NCBI GenBank assembly: GCA_963841505.1 | Contig: CAWJCZ010000006.1 | Span: 139,573 to 203,572, forward strand | Source of the DNA: an uncultured Gemmatimonadales bacterium | GTDB lineage: Bacteria; Gemmatimonadota; Gemmatimonadetes; Gemmatimonadales; GWC2-71-9 | Direction: 5' to 3' | DNA: 64,000 nucleotides | Shown: in pieces, positions 10,191 to 20,768 of the stretch | How positions within the stretch are numbered: position 1 is the first letter of the stretch | Layout: every line of letters begins with the position of its first letter | The notes under the pieces: generated by a model | Database searches by the model: none | The model's input: only the letters and a program-made list of their open reading frames with translations | Told to the model about the DNA's origin: nothing | Position numbers and translations under genes: made by a program

Positions 10191-12056
10191 GGACGCGGCG
10201 CCGAGGGCGAGACCGTTTGAGAATCCCGAAGGGCGCGTCCACTGGTCCCTCGGAAGCGGCGCGCCACGCTGCGGTGCAGGTCGGCCTCCACATCCTCGAA
10301 GTAGCCGCCGAGGTGGGTCGAATAAGGCACTACCCGGTAGCGCACGTCGAAGCCCTTCCTGCGAACCTGCCGGACCCATTCCTCGGTGCGCTCGCGGCGG
10401 ACCACGGTATCCTCACCGGCCTGCCAGACCAGCCAGTGGAGCCGGGGGCGGAGTATGTAGAGGGAGTCCACGGCCAGGGAAAGGGCGCGCTTATCGCGGT
10501 ACATCCAGGGCACGGCCAGGCCCAGCCAATCGATGGGCACGCGCGGATTCTGCGCCATCTGGACCGCCTCGTGCGCGTGACTGCTCCACGCCAGCATGCC
10601 CACCGCGCCGGTGTCGATGGCAAATACCGAGGCGACCTGATGCGTGATGGCGGAGAGCTCCTTCACCGCGATAGTATCGAAGTCGTGCACGCCGCCCAGG
10701 TGCGGCATGACCCCGAAGGTGCCGTAGCTCGAGCTCATGGTGGCCAGGTGCACCAGGAAACCGCCCACCCTTCCGCGTCCGGCCCAGAAGTCGGGATTGA
10801 CCGAAGTGAGTCACCGAGAGCACCAGTCCGGGCGGTCAGCAGGCGGGTGGGCGGTCGGCTCCAACGCTGCCGGGGGGACCGTGAGCCAGTAGGGCTGCAC
10901 CGAGCCGTCGTCGGCGCGATAGCCCCAGACCTGCGGGCCGGGGTACCGCTGGAAGCCAGCCGGTTGCATGACGTGTCGGTAGAGCGAGGCGAGCACCTGG
11001 ACCTTGAGCCAGCCGCCCGGATCGCCGCCGCGTGGCACCGGGCCCAGGTTGAAGACCGCGCGCACTGCATCCACGCGGGCGGCGCGCACCGGGTCCGTGG
11101 CGGTGGTGTCGGTCGCAAGGGTGCGCGCAAGGCGCTGCGCGGTCGAATCCGCGAAGATGGGACACTCCTCGAGGTACAGCCGCTTGCCGCTCGCGGCATC
11201 CAGCACTTCGGTCCGGAGCACGGCCAGGCCATGGAAGCGCGCCGGCAAGCGGCAGCGTATCCGGGTAGAGACCGGCGTACCGGCCCGCCATCGGCCAGGC
11301 TGTCGCCCAGCAGCGTCCGCCAGCGGAAGTGCACGACCGGCCCGGCCCGGAGCCGGACCTGCGGCGGCCAGAGCTGGACCATGGACGCCGAGTCGGGCAG
11401 AAGCGGGGTCGCGCACCAGGGTCGCGTAGGCGCCCAGGTCGATGGTCGCGGCGAGCAGGTCCGGGCAGCGATGTCTGCGGGTGCCACTCCCGGTGCAGCT
11501 GCGCGTCCACGCCGTTATCAAGCACCCGGTAGAGCAGGATGTTCGGGCCCGGGCGCAACTCGGCCGTGTAGAGGTCCTCGTGCGCACGGACGCCCCGGCT
11601 CGGGAATCGGCTCGCGCCCAGCAGGGTGCCGTTCAGCCACACCACGGTCCCGCCGTTCGAGGCGATGCTGAGCAGGCTGTCGTGGGCGCTCTCCGCGCGC
11701 ACCACCTCGAGCACATAGACGGAGCGCTTCTGCCCCTTGCGGCGGCGGCGGGAATTTGAGGTGCAGCTCGTCGTCTCGCACCCGCGGCTCCGTCCAGGGG
11801 ATACCGGTGGCGCGCGCGAGCCGGGCCTTCCCGGGACCGTGTCTCGACCCAGCTGGCAAGCAGCTGCGAGTCGGCCGCGAGCGGCGTCAACGGCGCGCAC
11901 AGCGAATCGGTGGAAGGGCATTGCGGCACCGGCACGGAGACGTAGACGCGGACGGCCGGCTCGTGCCAGGGGAAGAGGTGCGCTGCAGGCCGGCAACAGC
12001 AAGAGCGCAGCCGCCAGGACAGTGCGTTTCCAGCTCGAGAACCTGGGTCGGGGCAT
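10187..12056 (-). CDS. Hypothetical lipoprotein with degenerate alpha/beta-hydrolase-like C-terminus (multiple frameshifts)
   Basis: Lipobox LLPAC; beta-sandwich-like VVWLNG...LRPGPNILL; DDGSVQPYWLTVP motif typical of esterase/peptidase-like proteins; stitched across frames. Confidence 0.5.
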
Positions 12057-12151
12057 GGTTTTGCCGATCGGTTCAGGATGAAGGCGAGCGTCGATGAGGA
12101 GGCGACCGGCTTGGCACCGTGGAAACCTATATCGGATTGGATCGCCACGGG

Positions 12152-12713
12152 TCAAGCCGCAGCTCGCCGTGATGAAACCTGATCCGCAAGCGGCGGTTCC
12201 CAGAAGCGGAATCTGGCTAGGACGCCGCGTTCGGGAGCCTGGCCCGTCGGCGCAGACTCCTCAACCTGCATCATGAGCCGGTCCCGCATCATCAGATACT
12301 GACCGCGCTGCACCGGAGTCAGGAACGCGGCAAGGTCCCGCATCTCGTCCTGGAAGGTCTGGGCAAAGGCTACCCGCTGGGCGGTGAGCCGTTCACGAGC
12401 TTGACCACGCTGTCGGAGTTGGCCGCGATGCCGGGGCGGAGCTGATTGGCCAGCGCCTGCCGCAAGCTGCCGCTCGTGCTGCTCCAGCAACCGCCTCCTC
12501 TCCGCCACCATCGCCAGCACCCCGCGGAGGCGGGACGCCTGCTCAGCCGTTGAGCCCGAGGGCCTCCCTGACCCGTTGCGAGAACCGCTGCTCGATCATC
12601 TGGCGGAGCTGCTCGGCTCTCCGCGGATTCACCGGCATCGTATCCTGGGCGGCCAGCGCCGGCGCGCCGACCGCGACGCCGAGCAGGAAGAGCCATCCGG
12701 TTCGTCGCATCAT
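12152..12713 (-). CDS. Periplasmic Spy/CpxP-like helical protein (frameshifted; 3' end uncertain)
   Basis: Signal MRRTGWLFLLGVAVGAPALA; LGL..EQ and FLTPVQ (LTxxQ) motifs; third gene of the ECF operon. Confidence 0.6.
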
Positions 12714-13124
12714 CCCTCCAGCGAGCGCAAGAGGCGCTCGAGGTTCGTGGTATCCAGCTCCTGAAGCGGAATCTTCTCGATCGGAAGCGTTGACGCGTTC
12801 ACACCGGCATGGCCTGGAGCAGCTCTTCGAGCTGATCGACGTTCAGGCGGTCGAGCTCGGGGAGCACGGTCGCATGGGTGGCGGTCTGCTCGGCCGGAAA
12901 AGGCCCCGGCCCGCCGAGGAATCGACCGGCAAGGAAAAGCAGCGCGGCGGCGGCCGCAAGACCGGCAAGCCACCTCACCACTCCCGCGCGACCGGGGCAT
13001 CGCGAGAATCGCGGGCCTCCTCGAGTCGCGCGAGCACCCGCTCGGCGATGCGATCAGGGTCGATCGCCTCCGCCGGCCGGGCTCCAAGCTTCGCGGCCAG
13101 CCGTTCCAATTCCTGTTCGGTCAT
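12710..13124 (-). CDS. Putative membrane anti-sigma factor (frameshifted)
   Basis: ATGA-coupled to the ECF sigma; single TM WLAGLAAAAALLF; short helical periplasmic part. Confidence 0.6.
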
Positions 13125-13674
13125 CCGAGCAATTCCTTCAGCCGGCGTACCGCATGGTGATAGTGCACCCGTGCGGCGCCTGGCGTGGTGCCGAGCGCGG
13201 CGCAGATCTCGTCGTATTCCATACCCTGCTGCGCGCGGAGCAGAAAGACTTCTCGCTGCATCCGTGGCAGTTCGCCCAATCCCCTTCGAAGCCGTTCCTC
13301 CATGTCCCGGGCGTTGGTTTCGCTTTCGGGATTTTCCGCCGCGGGCGAGTTCCATTGCTTCCAGCTCCACCATCACCCGCCCCTTCTCCCGGCGAACTGA
13401 TCCTTGCGGAGGTTCGAAGCGATCCGGAAGAGCCAGCCCCCGGAAACTGGTCGCTTCACGCCGCCAGATGCCGATCGCCCGGAACGCCTTGAAAAAGGCC
13501 TCCTGAACCAGATCGTCCAGTTCCTCGGCGCGCGCGCCGGAGCCGAAGAGGTATCGAGCGAGGGGGCTCGCATGCCTGCCGGACCAGGATCGTCGCGGCC
13601 AGCTGGTCGCCCGCCCGGTAGGCCGCGACGAGCTCCACATCCGACCTCGGGTCCTCCTGGCTCATCGCCGGCAT
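13121..13674 (-). CDS. ECF RNA polymerase sigma-70 factor (frameshifted)
   Basis: SDVELVAAY, DDLVQEAFFKAF, GWLFRIASN, ELPRMQREVFLLR...YDEICAALG. Confidence 0.9.
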
Positions 13675-13851
13675 TCGCCAAATGAACGACGTCGCATGGT
13701 GTTAAGGTCCAGCCTGGTAAGTCGTCCGTTATGGGCAGGCCGACATTCCCAACCCACCGGGCGAATCCACGAACTCAAGAACTGTTAGTAACTCCCTTAA
13801 CAGCCTGTCCGACATGAGATTAGCCAGTCACATCTCAGGTGGGTTATCAAC

Positions 13852-14554
13852 GTGGACCGGACATCAGCCAAGGATAATCGCCCACCGGGGCGCGTCCGGG
13901 GTTGCATTGGAGAACTCGCTCGAGGCATTCCGAGTCGCGGTCCGCGCAGGCGTCGATGGGATCGAACTGGATATCCACGTCACCGCAGCGGCGACCTGGT
14001 CGTGCACCATGATCCGCGACGTTCCCGGGATCGGGCCCGATCGCCGGACTGGACCTGGAGACGGTACGATCCCGACCGCTTGTCCAACGGGGAGGCGATT
14101 CCCGACCCTCGGGGAGAGCCCTCCAGGCGATCCATGGACGAGCCGGCTCTTGATCACTCGAGGTCTGGATAGAGATCAAGAACCCTTCCCGAGCCGGCCA
14201 CGAGGCGCTCCTGGAGTGCATTGCCCACTCCCCCTGCCCCCCGGTTGCGCAGTCCACAGCTTCGATCACCGGATTATCCGTCGGATCTGGGATCCAGGAG
14301 TCCTTCCCTCCGTCGCGGAGTGCTCTCCGCCTCCTATCCGCTCGATCCAGTTACTCCGATGCGGGCGGCCGGCGCCAGCGTTCTGTGGCAGGAGTGGCAT
14401 CTCATCGATGAGGCGATGGTCGACACGGTTCATCGCGCCGGATGTCAGATCGTCGCCTGGACCGTCAACGAGGCCGCGCCGGCCCGGCGGCTCGCGGACC
14501 TGGGAATCGACGCGCCTCTGCGGGAACTGGCCCGAGCGCCTCAAGGTTTGGTAA
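13852..14554 (+). CDS. Glycerophosphodiester phosphodiesterase (frameshifted; start 13814 or 13852)
   Basis: IIAHRGASG..ENSLEAF, GIELDIH, VHSFD, AWTVN. Confidence 0.88.
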
Positions 14555-14564
14555 CTTGTCCATT

Positions 14565-15937
14565 ATGCGAAACACCGCGATCTTTCCGGCCGGTCCTCCC
14601 TTTCCTCGGCCTTTTCCTCGGCGGACCGGCGGGGACCTGGGCGCAAGAGCCCGCCCGCATCAGTTTCGAAGCCTATTCCCTGCCCAACGGACTCAAGGTG
14701 ATTCTCGCGCCGGATCACTCCGCCCAGGTCGTGGCGGTCGACGTCTGGTACAACGTCGGGTCCCGGGACGAGGTAGCGGGACGCACCGGGTTCGCCCACC
14801 TGTTCGAGCACATGATGTTCCAGGGCTCGGAGAACGTGAAGAAGGCGGATCACTTCACCCTGGTCGAGCGGGCCGGCGGATCGGTCAACGGCACCACGCG
14901 CGGAGGATCGCACCAAGTATTACGAGGTGCTTCCCTCGAACCGGCTGAATCTCGGACTCTGGCTCGAGGCGGACCGGATGCGTTCCCTCGCGGTCACCGA
15001 CTCGAACTTCAGCAATCAGCGCGAAGCGGTGAAGGAAGAACGCCGCCTGCGGGTCGACAACCAGCCCTATGCCTCGGCGATCTTCGAGGGCATGTACGCC
15101 TCTGGCCGACAGTACCACCTGCTTTCCCTATGCCCATTCCGTGATCGGCTCGATGGCGGACCTGAACTCCGCCAAGACCGCCGGACGTGAAGGCGTTTTT
15201 CGATCTCTATTACACTCCGAACAACGCGACCCTCACCGTGACGGGAGACTTCGATCCGGCCGCAACCAAGCGTCTCATCCAGGACTATTTCGGCGAGATT
15301 CCCGCGGGGCGAGGAGGCCCCGGCGGTCCAGTGCGAGATCGCGGTTCAGCCCGGGACAGATCCGCCGCCGGTGGCCCGATTCCAAAGCCAACCTTCCCGC
15401 GGTGCTGCTGGCATACCGGATTCCCGAATACAAGAGCGAAGACACGCCCGGCGATCGAGCTCCTGTCCACCATTCTCGGCCAGGGCGAAAGCTCCCGGAT
15501 CAACAACTGCGGTGGTCCGGGAGAAGAAGCTCGCGCAGTTCGCCATCGTCCTCTCCAACCCGGCCAGCCCGCGTCGTGGACCGGGCGTGCTGCTCGCCCT
15601 CGGCGATCACCAACCAGGGCGTCACCCCGGATTCGCTTGAGTCAGGCCTGGCGGCAGAGTTCCGCCGGGTCGCCGAGCAAGGCGTCTCCGAGGAGGAGCT
15701 CTGCAAGGCGAAGAATGGATATCGGACCCAGCTGATTACCCAGCAACAGCATGCGCTGGATCGCGCGGATGCCCTGGAGACCGCAGACATGTTCCTCGGG
15801 AGATCGCCGAGGCGGTGAATACCCACTGGCGCAACTTTCTCTCGGTAACCATCGCCGACCTTCAGCGGGTGGCGCGGAAGTATTTCACGCCGGAGAATTC
15901 CCTCGTCCTGTTGATCACCACCGGAGGAGCCCAGTGA
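14565..15937 (+). CDS. M16 (pitrilysin) zinc peptidase, catalytic subunit (frameshifted)
   Basis: LPNGLKVI, WYNVGSRDE..GRTGFAHLFEHMMF (HxxEH), LWLEADRM, YYTPNNA. Confidence 0.92.
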
Positions 15938-18037
15938 ACCCGATCCGCCGACTTGCCGGTTTCGTGCTTCTTCTCCATCGGCTCGGCTCTCTCGTTCGGT
16001 CAGGCCACCGCGCAGGGCTTTCCCAAGACGCCGCCGCCGCCGGGACCACTGACTCCGATCGCCTTTCCTCCGTTCCATGAAGAAAGTGCTTCCCAACGGA
16101 GTACGACTGCTGGTGGTGGAGAGCCACAAGCAGCCGATCGTGTCGCTGTCGCTGAATTTCTCCGCGGGCTCCACCTTCGATCCTGCCGGCAAAGGAGGGC
16201 CTCGCGGACATGGTCGCCGGTCTCCTCACCAAGGGCGCCGGCGACCGCACCGCCGAGCAGGTGGCGGAAACCATCGAGGGCACCGGTGGAACGCTGCAGA
16301 GCTCGGCGGGTACGGATTTTCTCTCGATCAATGCCACCGTTCTCACATCGAGCCTGCCGCTTGCTTTCGAGCTCATCGGGGACGCGATGAAGCGTCCCAC
16401 GTTCGCCGCGAAAGAGCTGGAGCTGCTTCGGACCCAGACCCTCTCGGGACTCCAGGTCAGCCTGAGCCAGCCCAGCTCGATCGCCGATCGCCGGTTCAGA
16501 GCGGTTCTCTACGGATCGCGATCCCTACGCGCGAAGCATCACCGCGGGCTCGATTGGCGCCATCACCCGGGACGATCTCCTGGCATTTCAGCGCGAGCGG
16601 CTCCGACCTTCGGGGGCGTTGCTGGTGGTGGCCGGCGCCGTGACTCCAGCCGATGCGAGACGGCTGGCCGTTGCGGCATTCCAGGGCTGGTCGGGTGGTC
16701 CTCCTGCACCAGGCGCGGCGGCGACCCTTCCCAGTCGCGGCAAGACCGAGATCACTCTCGTTCATCGGCCCGGCTCGGTGCAATCGAATATCCTGGCGGG
16801 GAATCTGACCTTTCTCGCCCAATGATCCCCGATACTATGCCGGCCAGGCGATGAACCAGGTCCTCGGAGGCGGCGCTTCGAGCAGACTCTTCCTGGTGCT
16901 GCGGGAGGCGAAGAGCTGGACCTACGGTGCGTATTCCTCCTATGTCCGACGGAAGGGCACCGGATATTTCGTCGCCAACACCGAAGTTCGCACCGAAGTG
17001 ACCGACTCGGCGTTTGCGCGAGCTCCTGCATCAGCTCGAACGGGTCCAGACCGAGCCGATTCCTGCTTCCGAGCTCGATGCTGCGAAGGGTGCGCTGGTG
17101 GGGCGGTATCCCCTCACCATCGAGACCGCCGATCAGGTCGCCAGTGCGGTCGCCTCGGCCCAGCTCTACGGGCTGCCCGCCGATTACGTCCAGACCTATC
17201 GGCGTCAAGCTCGGCGCGGTCACTCCGGAACAGGCGATGGCGGCGGCCCGGTCCACGATCCACCCCGACCAGCTCTCCATCGTCGTCGTCGGGGACGCCA
17301 CCAAGATCTACGACCAGCTCAAGACCATTGCCCCCACCACCATCGTGGATCTCGACGGCAAGACCCTCGCCCCTGATGACCTGAATCCGCGGGCGGCGGC
17401 GCTGGACCTCGACCTTTCGGCCCTGGTGGCGCGGCGCGACAGCTTCACGGTGCGATTTCAGGGAAACCCGATTGGGTGGCAGACCGGAATGCTGGAGTCG
17501 ACGCCGGATGGATTCCGGTATGTCGAGCGGGTCGAGCTGGCCGGGTTCGTCAGCCAGACCACGACGCTGGACATGGACAAGACCGCCGGCATGGTTGCCA
17601 TCCAGCAGACTGGGAAAACCCAGGGCCAGGACGTCTCGATCGACGTCAAATACGCCAACGGCCGCGCGGCCGGGACGGCGAAAACGCCGGATCCCGCGAC
17701 CCGTCAGATCAAGTCGGTGACCATCGACACGACCATTGCGGCCGGAACTCTCGATGACAATGCGGTCCAGGCGCTGCTCCCGGCGTTCCGCTGGGCCCCT
17801 GGCGCCAAGTGGACCTTCAACGTAATGAGCGCCGGGCAGGGCGAGATCAAGACCTGGTCGCTGGCGGTGGCCGGTGCCGACTCTGTCGAGGTCGGCGGAA
17901 AACCGGTGCCAGCGTATCGCGCCGAGCTGACCGGAGGACCGACCCCGTTGACCATCTGGGTGTCCCGTCAGAGCCCCCACACGCTGCTCAAGCTCGGCAT
18001 CGCCGGCCAGCCGGTGGAATTCATCCGGGTTCCGTAA
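15934..18037 (+). CDS. M16 peptidase non-catalytic partner with extra C-terminal beta domain (frameshifted)
   Basis: LPNGVRLLV, no HxxEH (MVAGLLTKG), SSRLFLVLREAKSWTYGAYS; about 220-aa C-terminal extension; GTGA overlap. Confidence 0.85.
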
Positions 18038-18058
18038 TCCCATCAGGAGTCGCCATTG

Positions 18059-19493
18059 ATGAAACGACCTTTCTTCCTCCTCGCCGCCGCCGGCTGCGCG
18101 TCGGCCGGCGCAGCCACCCCGGCGGGACAGGCCCCCGCGCCCGCAGCGGTCGCCACCCCTGCTGCTTCCTCCAGCCCGGCGGTTTCGACCGATACGTTCA
18201 ATTTCGAACGGCCCCAGTATCCCTCGACCTATCGCCGGAGACCTAACCCGCCGGTCCTGATCCGGAATGCGACGATCCTCACGGCCACCGGGCAGGAGCT
18301 CCGGAACAGCTCGATTCTGTTCCAGGACGGCAAGATCACCGCGATCGGCGCCTCGCTCGACGCGCCGGCCGGGGCGATCACGGTGGATGGCACCGGCAAG
18401 TTCGTCACCCCCGGCATCATCGACACCCACAGCCATCTCGGCGTCTATGCGGCGCCGGGCACCCAGGCCGAAAGCGACGGGAACGAAGCGACCAACCCGG
18501 TCACCGCGGAGGTCTGGGCCGAGCATTCGATCTGGCCCCAGGATCCCCAGATCCCGCTGGCCATTGCCGGCGGGGTCACCGTGATGCAGGTCCTGCCCGG
18601 TTCGGCGAACCTGATCGGCGGAAGATCGGCGATCGTGCGGCTGGTTCCCGCGCGCACCGTGCAGGACATGAAGTTTCCCGATGCCCCGTATGGACTCAAG
18701 ATGGCGTGCGGCGAGAATCCCAAACGGGTGTACCAGAACCGCGGGCCATCCACCCGGATGGGCAACATGGCGGGGTATCGCGCTGCCTTCATCCAGGCGG
18801 CGGATTACCGGCGGCGGTGGGACAATTGGCTCAAGGATCGGAAGGGCGATCCCCCGACCCGTGATCTCAAGCTGGAGACGCCTGGCCGGCGTGCTCCGGG
18901 GCGACATCCTGGTCCAGAATCACTGCTATCGCGCCGACGAAATGGCCCAGATGCTCGACCTGGGCCGCGAGTTCGGCTTCAAGATCCGCTCGTTCCACCA
19001 CGCGATCGAGGGATACAAGATCGCCGACCTCCTCGCGGCGGCGGGCACGGCGGCCTCGGTCTGGTCCGACTGGGGCGGATTCAAGATGGAAGCGTTCGAC
19101 GAGATCCTGGAGAACGCCGCGTTGATTACCCAGGCGGGCGCCCGCGCGGTGATTCACACCGACAGCCCGGACGGGATTCAGCGCATGAACCAGGACATGG
19201 CCAAGGCGTACTACGCCGGGGTTCGCGCCGGAATCTCATTAACCCGCGATCAGGCGATTCGCTGGGTCACCGCGAATCCGGCCTGGGTGCTCGGGATCGA
19301 CGGCAAGACCGGCACCCTCGAGCCCGGCAAGATGGCCGACGTGGTGCTCTGGTCCGGCGATCCGTTCTCGGTCTACTCCAAGGCGGAAAAAGTATGGAAC
19401 GAAGGCTGGCTCGCCTTCGACCGCCTGGATCCCAAGCACCAGTACGCCACCGACTTCAACATCGGGCAGACCGCCCCGGGGATTGGACGATGA
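18059..19493 (+). CDS. Amidohydrolase family lipoprotein (frameshift near 18880)
   Basis: Lipobox AAGC; PGIIDTHSH, LKMACGENPK, NHCYRADE, HHAIEGY, HTDS, GTLEPGKMADVV. Confidence 0.9.
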
Positions 19494-20746
19494 ACCACCG
19501 CATGCGCGCAGGACTCCTCGCGAGCTTGACCCTGATCGCCGGCCAGCGGCTGGTGGCGCAGAGCCAGACCGTGGCCATCACCGGTGCTACCGTGTTCCCG
19601 GTTTCCGGTCCCAGGATCACCAACGGGACGGTCCTTTTCCGAGACGGCAAGATCGTCGCCGTCGGCGCGAACGTCGCGGTGCCCACCGGGGCCACCCGCA
19701 TCGATGCCAATGGGAAGTGGGTGACCCCCGGCCTCTTCCATGCCAACGGCGGTTCCGGGTTAGGGGTTGCGGGGCTCAACGGCTTCGGTGAGGGTCGGGT
19801 CCAGGGCGAGATCAATCCTTCCTTCAACCCGGCCGAGGGCATCGACCCCGCGGCCTTCACGATTCCCATCGCGCGCACCGGCGGCGTGACCGGCGCCCTG
19901 TTGACGCCCGGCGGCGGGCTCTTCCCCGGGCAGGCGGTGGCCGTCGATTTCAGCGGCGACCGGATCGAGGATCTCATCGTGCGCCGCAACGCCGCGGTCG
20001 TGCTCGATCTTACCAGCGGCAGCCGGGACGCCGGCGGCGGAAGCCGGGCCGGAGTGCTCGCCCGGGTTCGTCGCCTCTTCGACGACGCGGTCGAGTATTC
20101 CCGGCGCAAGAATGACTTCCAGAAAGGGCAGATCGAGGAGCTTGCCGCCCCGGCGCGGGAGCTCGAGGCCCTTCTTCCGGTGGTCCGGGGAGAGCAGCGC
20201 ATCGCCATCGCCGCCAACCGCAAGATGGACATCGAAAACGCGCTCCGCCTGGCCCGGGAGTACAAGCTCCGGGCGGTGCTGTTCGGCGTCCTCGAAGGCT
20301 GGGAGGCGGCCAAGGACATTGCCGCCGCCAAGGTCCCGGTCATCGTCGAGCCATTGAGCGACATTCCCTCCTTCGACGGCCTTGGGGCGCGGCTCGACAA
20401 CGCGACCCTGCTTCGCAACGCCGGCGTCGAGGTGATCATTGCGCAGGGAGATCCCGGCGGGGAGCGAAACCTCCGCTACGCCGCGGGCAACGCCGTGCGT
20501 AACGGGATGACCTGGGACGACGCGCTCCGTGCGGTGACCGCGGCGCCCACGGCCGCATTCGGGCTCACCGATCGCGGGACGCTGGAACCCGGGAAGGTCG
20601 CCAACCTGGTGATCTGGTCCGGTGATCCACTCGATTTCTCGAGCGCGGCCGAACACGTGTATGTCCGGGGCCAGGAGGTCTCACTCACCACCCGGGAAAC
20701 CGAGCTGCGCGACAAATACCGGACCTTGCCACCCAAGGTGCCCTGA
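19490..20746 (+). CDS. Amidohydrolase-fold partner protein lacking metal-ligand motifs
   Basis: IDANGKWVTPGLFHAN (no DxHxH), GTLEPGKVANLVIWSGDP; ATGA overlap. Confidence 0.85.
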   Translation: MNHRMRAGLLASLTLIAGQRLVAQSQTVAITGATVFPVSGPRITNGTVLFRDGKIVAVGANVAVPTGATRIDANGKWVTPGLFHANGGSGLGVAGLNGFGEGRVQGEINPSFNPAEGIDPAAFTIPIARTGGVTGALLTPGGGLFPGQAVAVDFSGDRIEDLIVRRNAAVVLDLTSGSRDAGGGSRAGVLARVRRLFDDAVEYSRRKNDFQKGQIEELAAPARELEALLPVVRGEQRIAIAANRKMDIENALRLAREYKLRAVLFGVLEGWEAAKDIAAAKVPVIVEPLSDIPSFDGLGARLDNATLLRNAGVEVIIAQGDPGGERNLRYAAGNAVRNGMTWDDALRAVTAAPTAAFGLTDRGTLEPGKVANLVIWSGDPLDFSSAAEHVYVRGQEVSLTTRETELRDKYRTLPPKVP

Positions 20747-20768
20747 GCCGAGGAGCCGAGTCGTGAGA

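Noticed and set aside
17114..18907. Long antisense and alternate-frame ORFs (also 29598-31022, 43293-44825, 46360-47937, 62382-63791)
   Set aside because: Shadow ORFs expected in high-GC DNA opposite well-supported genes; no recognisable motifs.
18056..20746. 896-aa fused double amidohydrolase in the ORF track
   Set aside because: Artefact of one indel near 18880. The real first gene ends at 19493 and overlaps the second gene's ATG.
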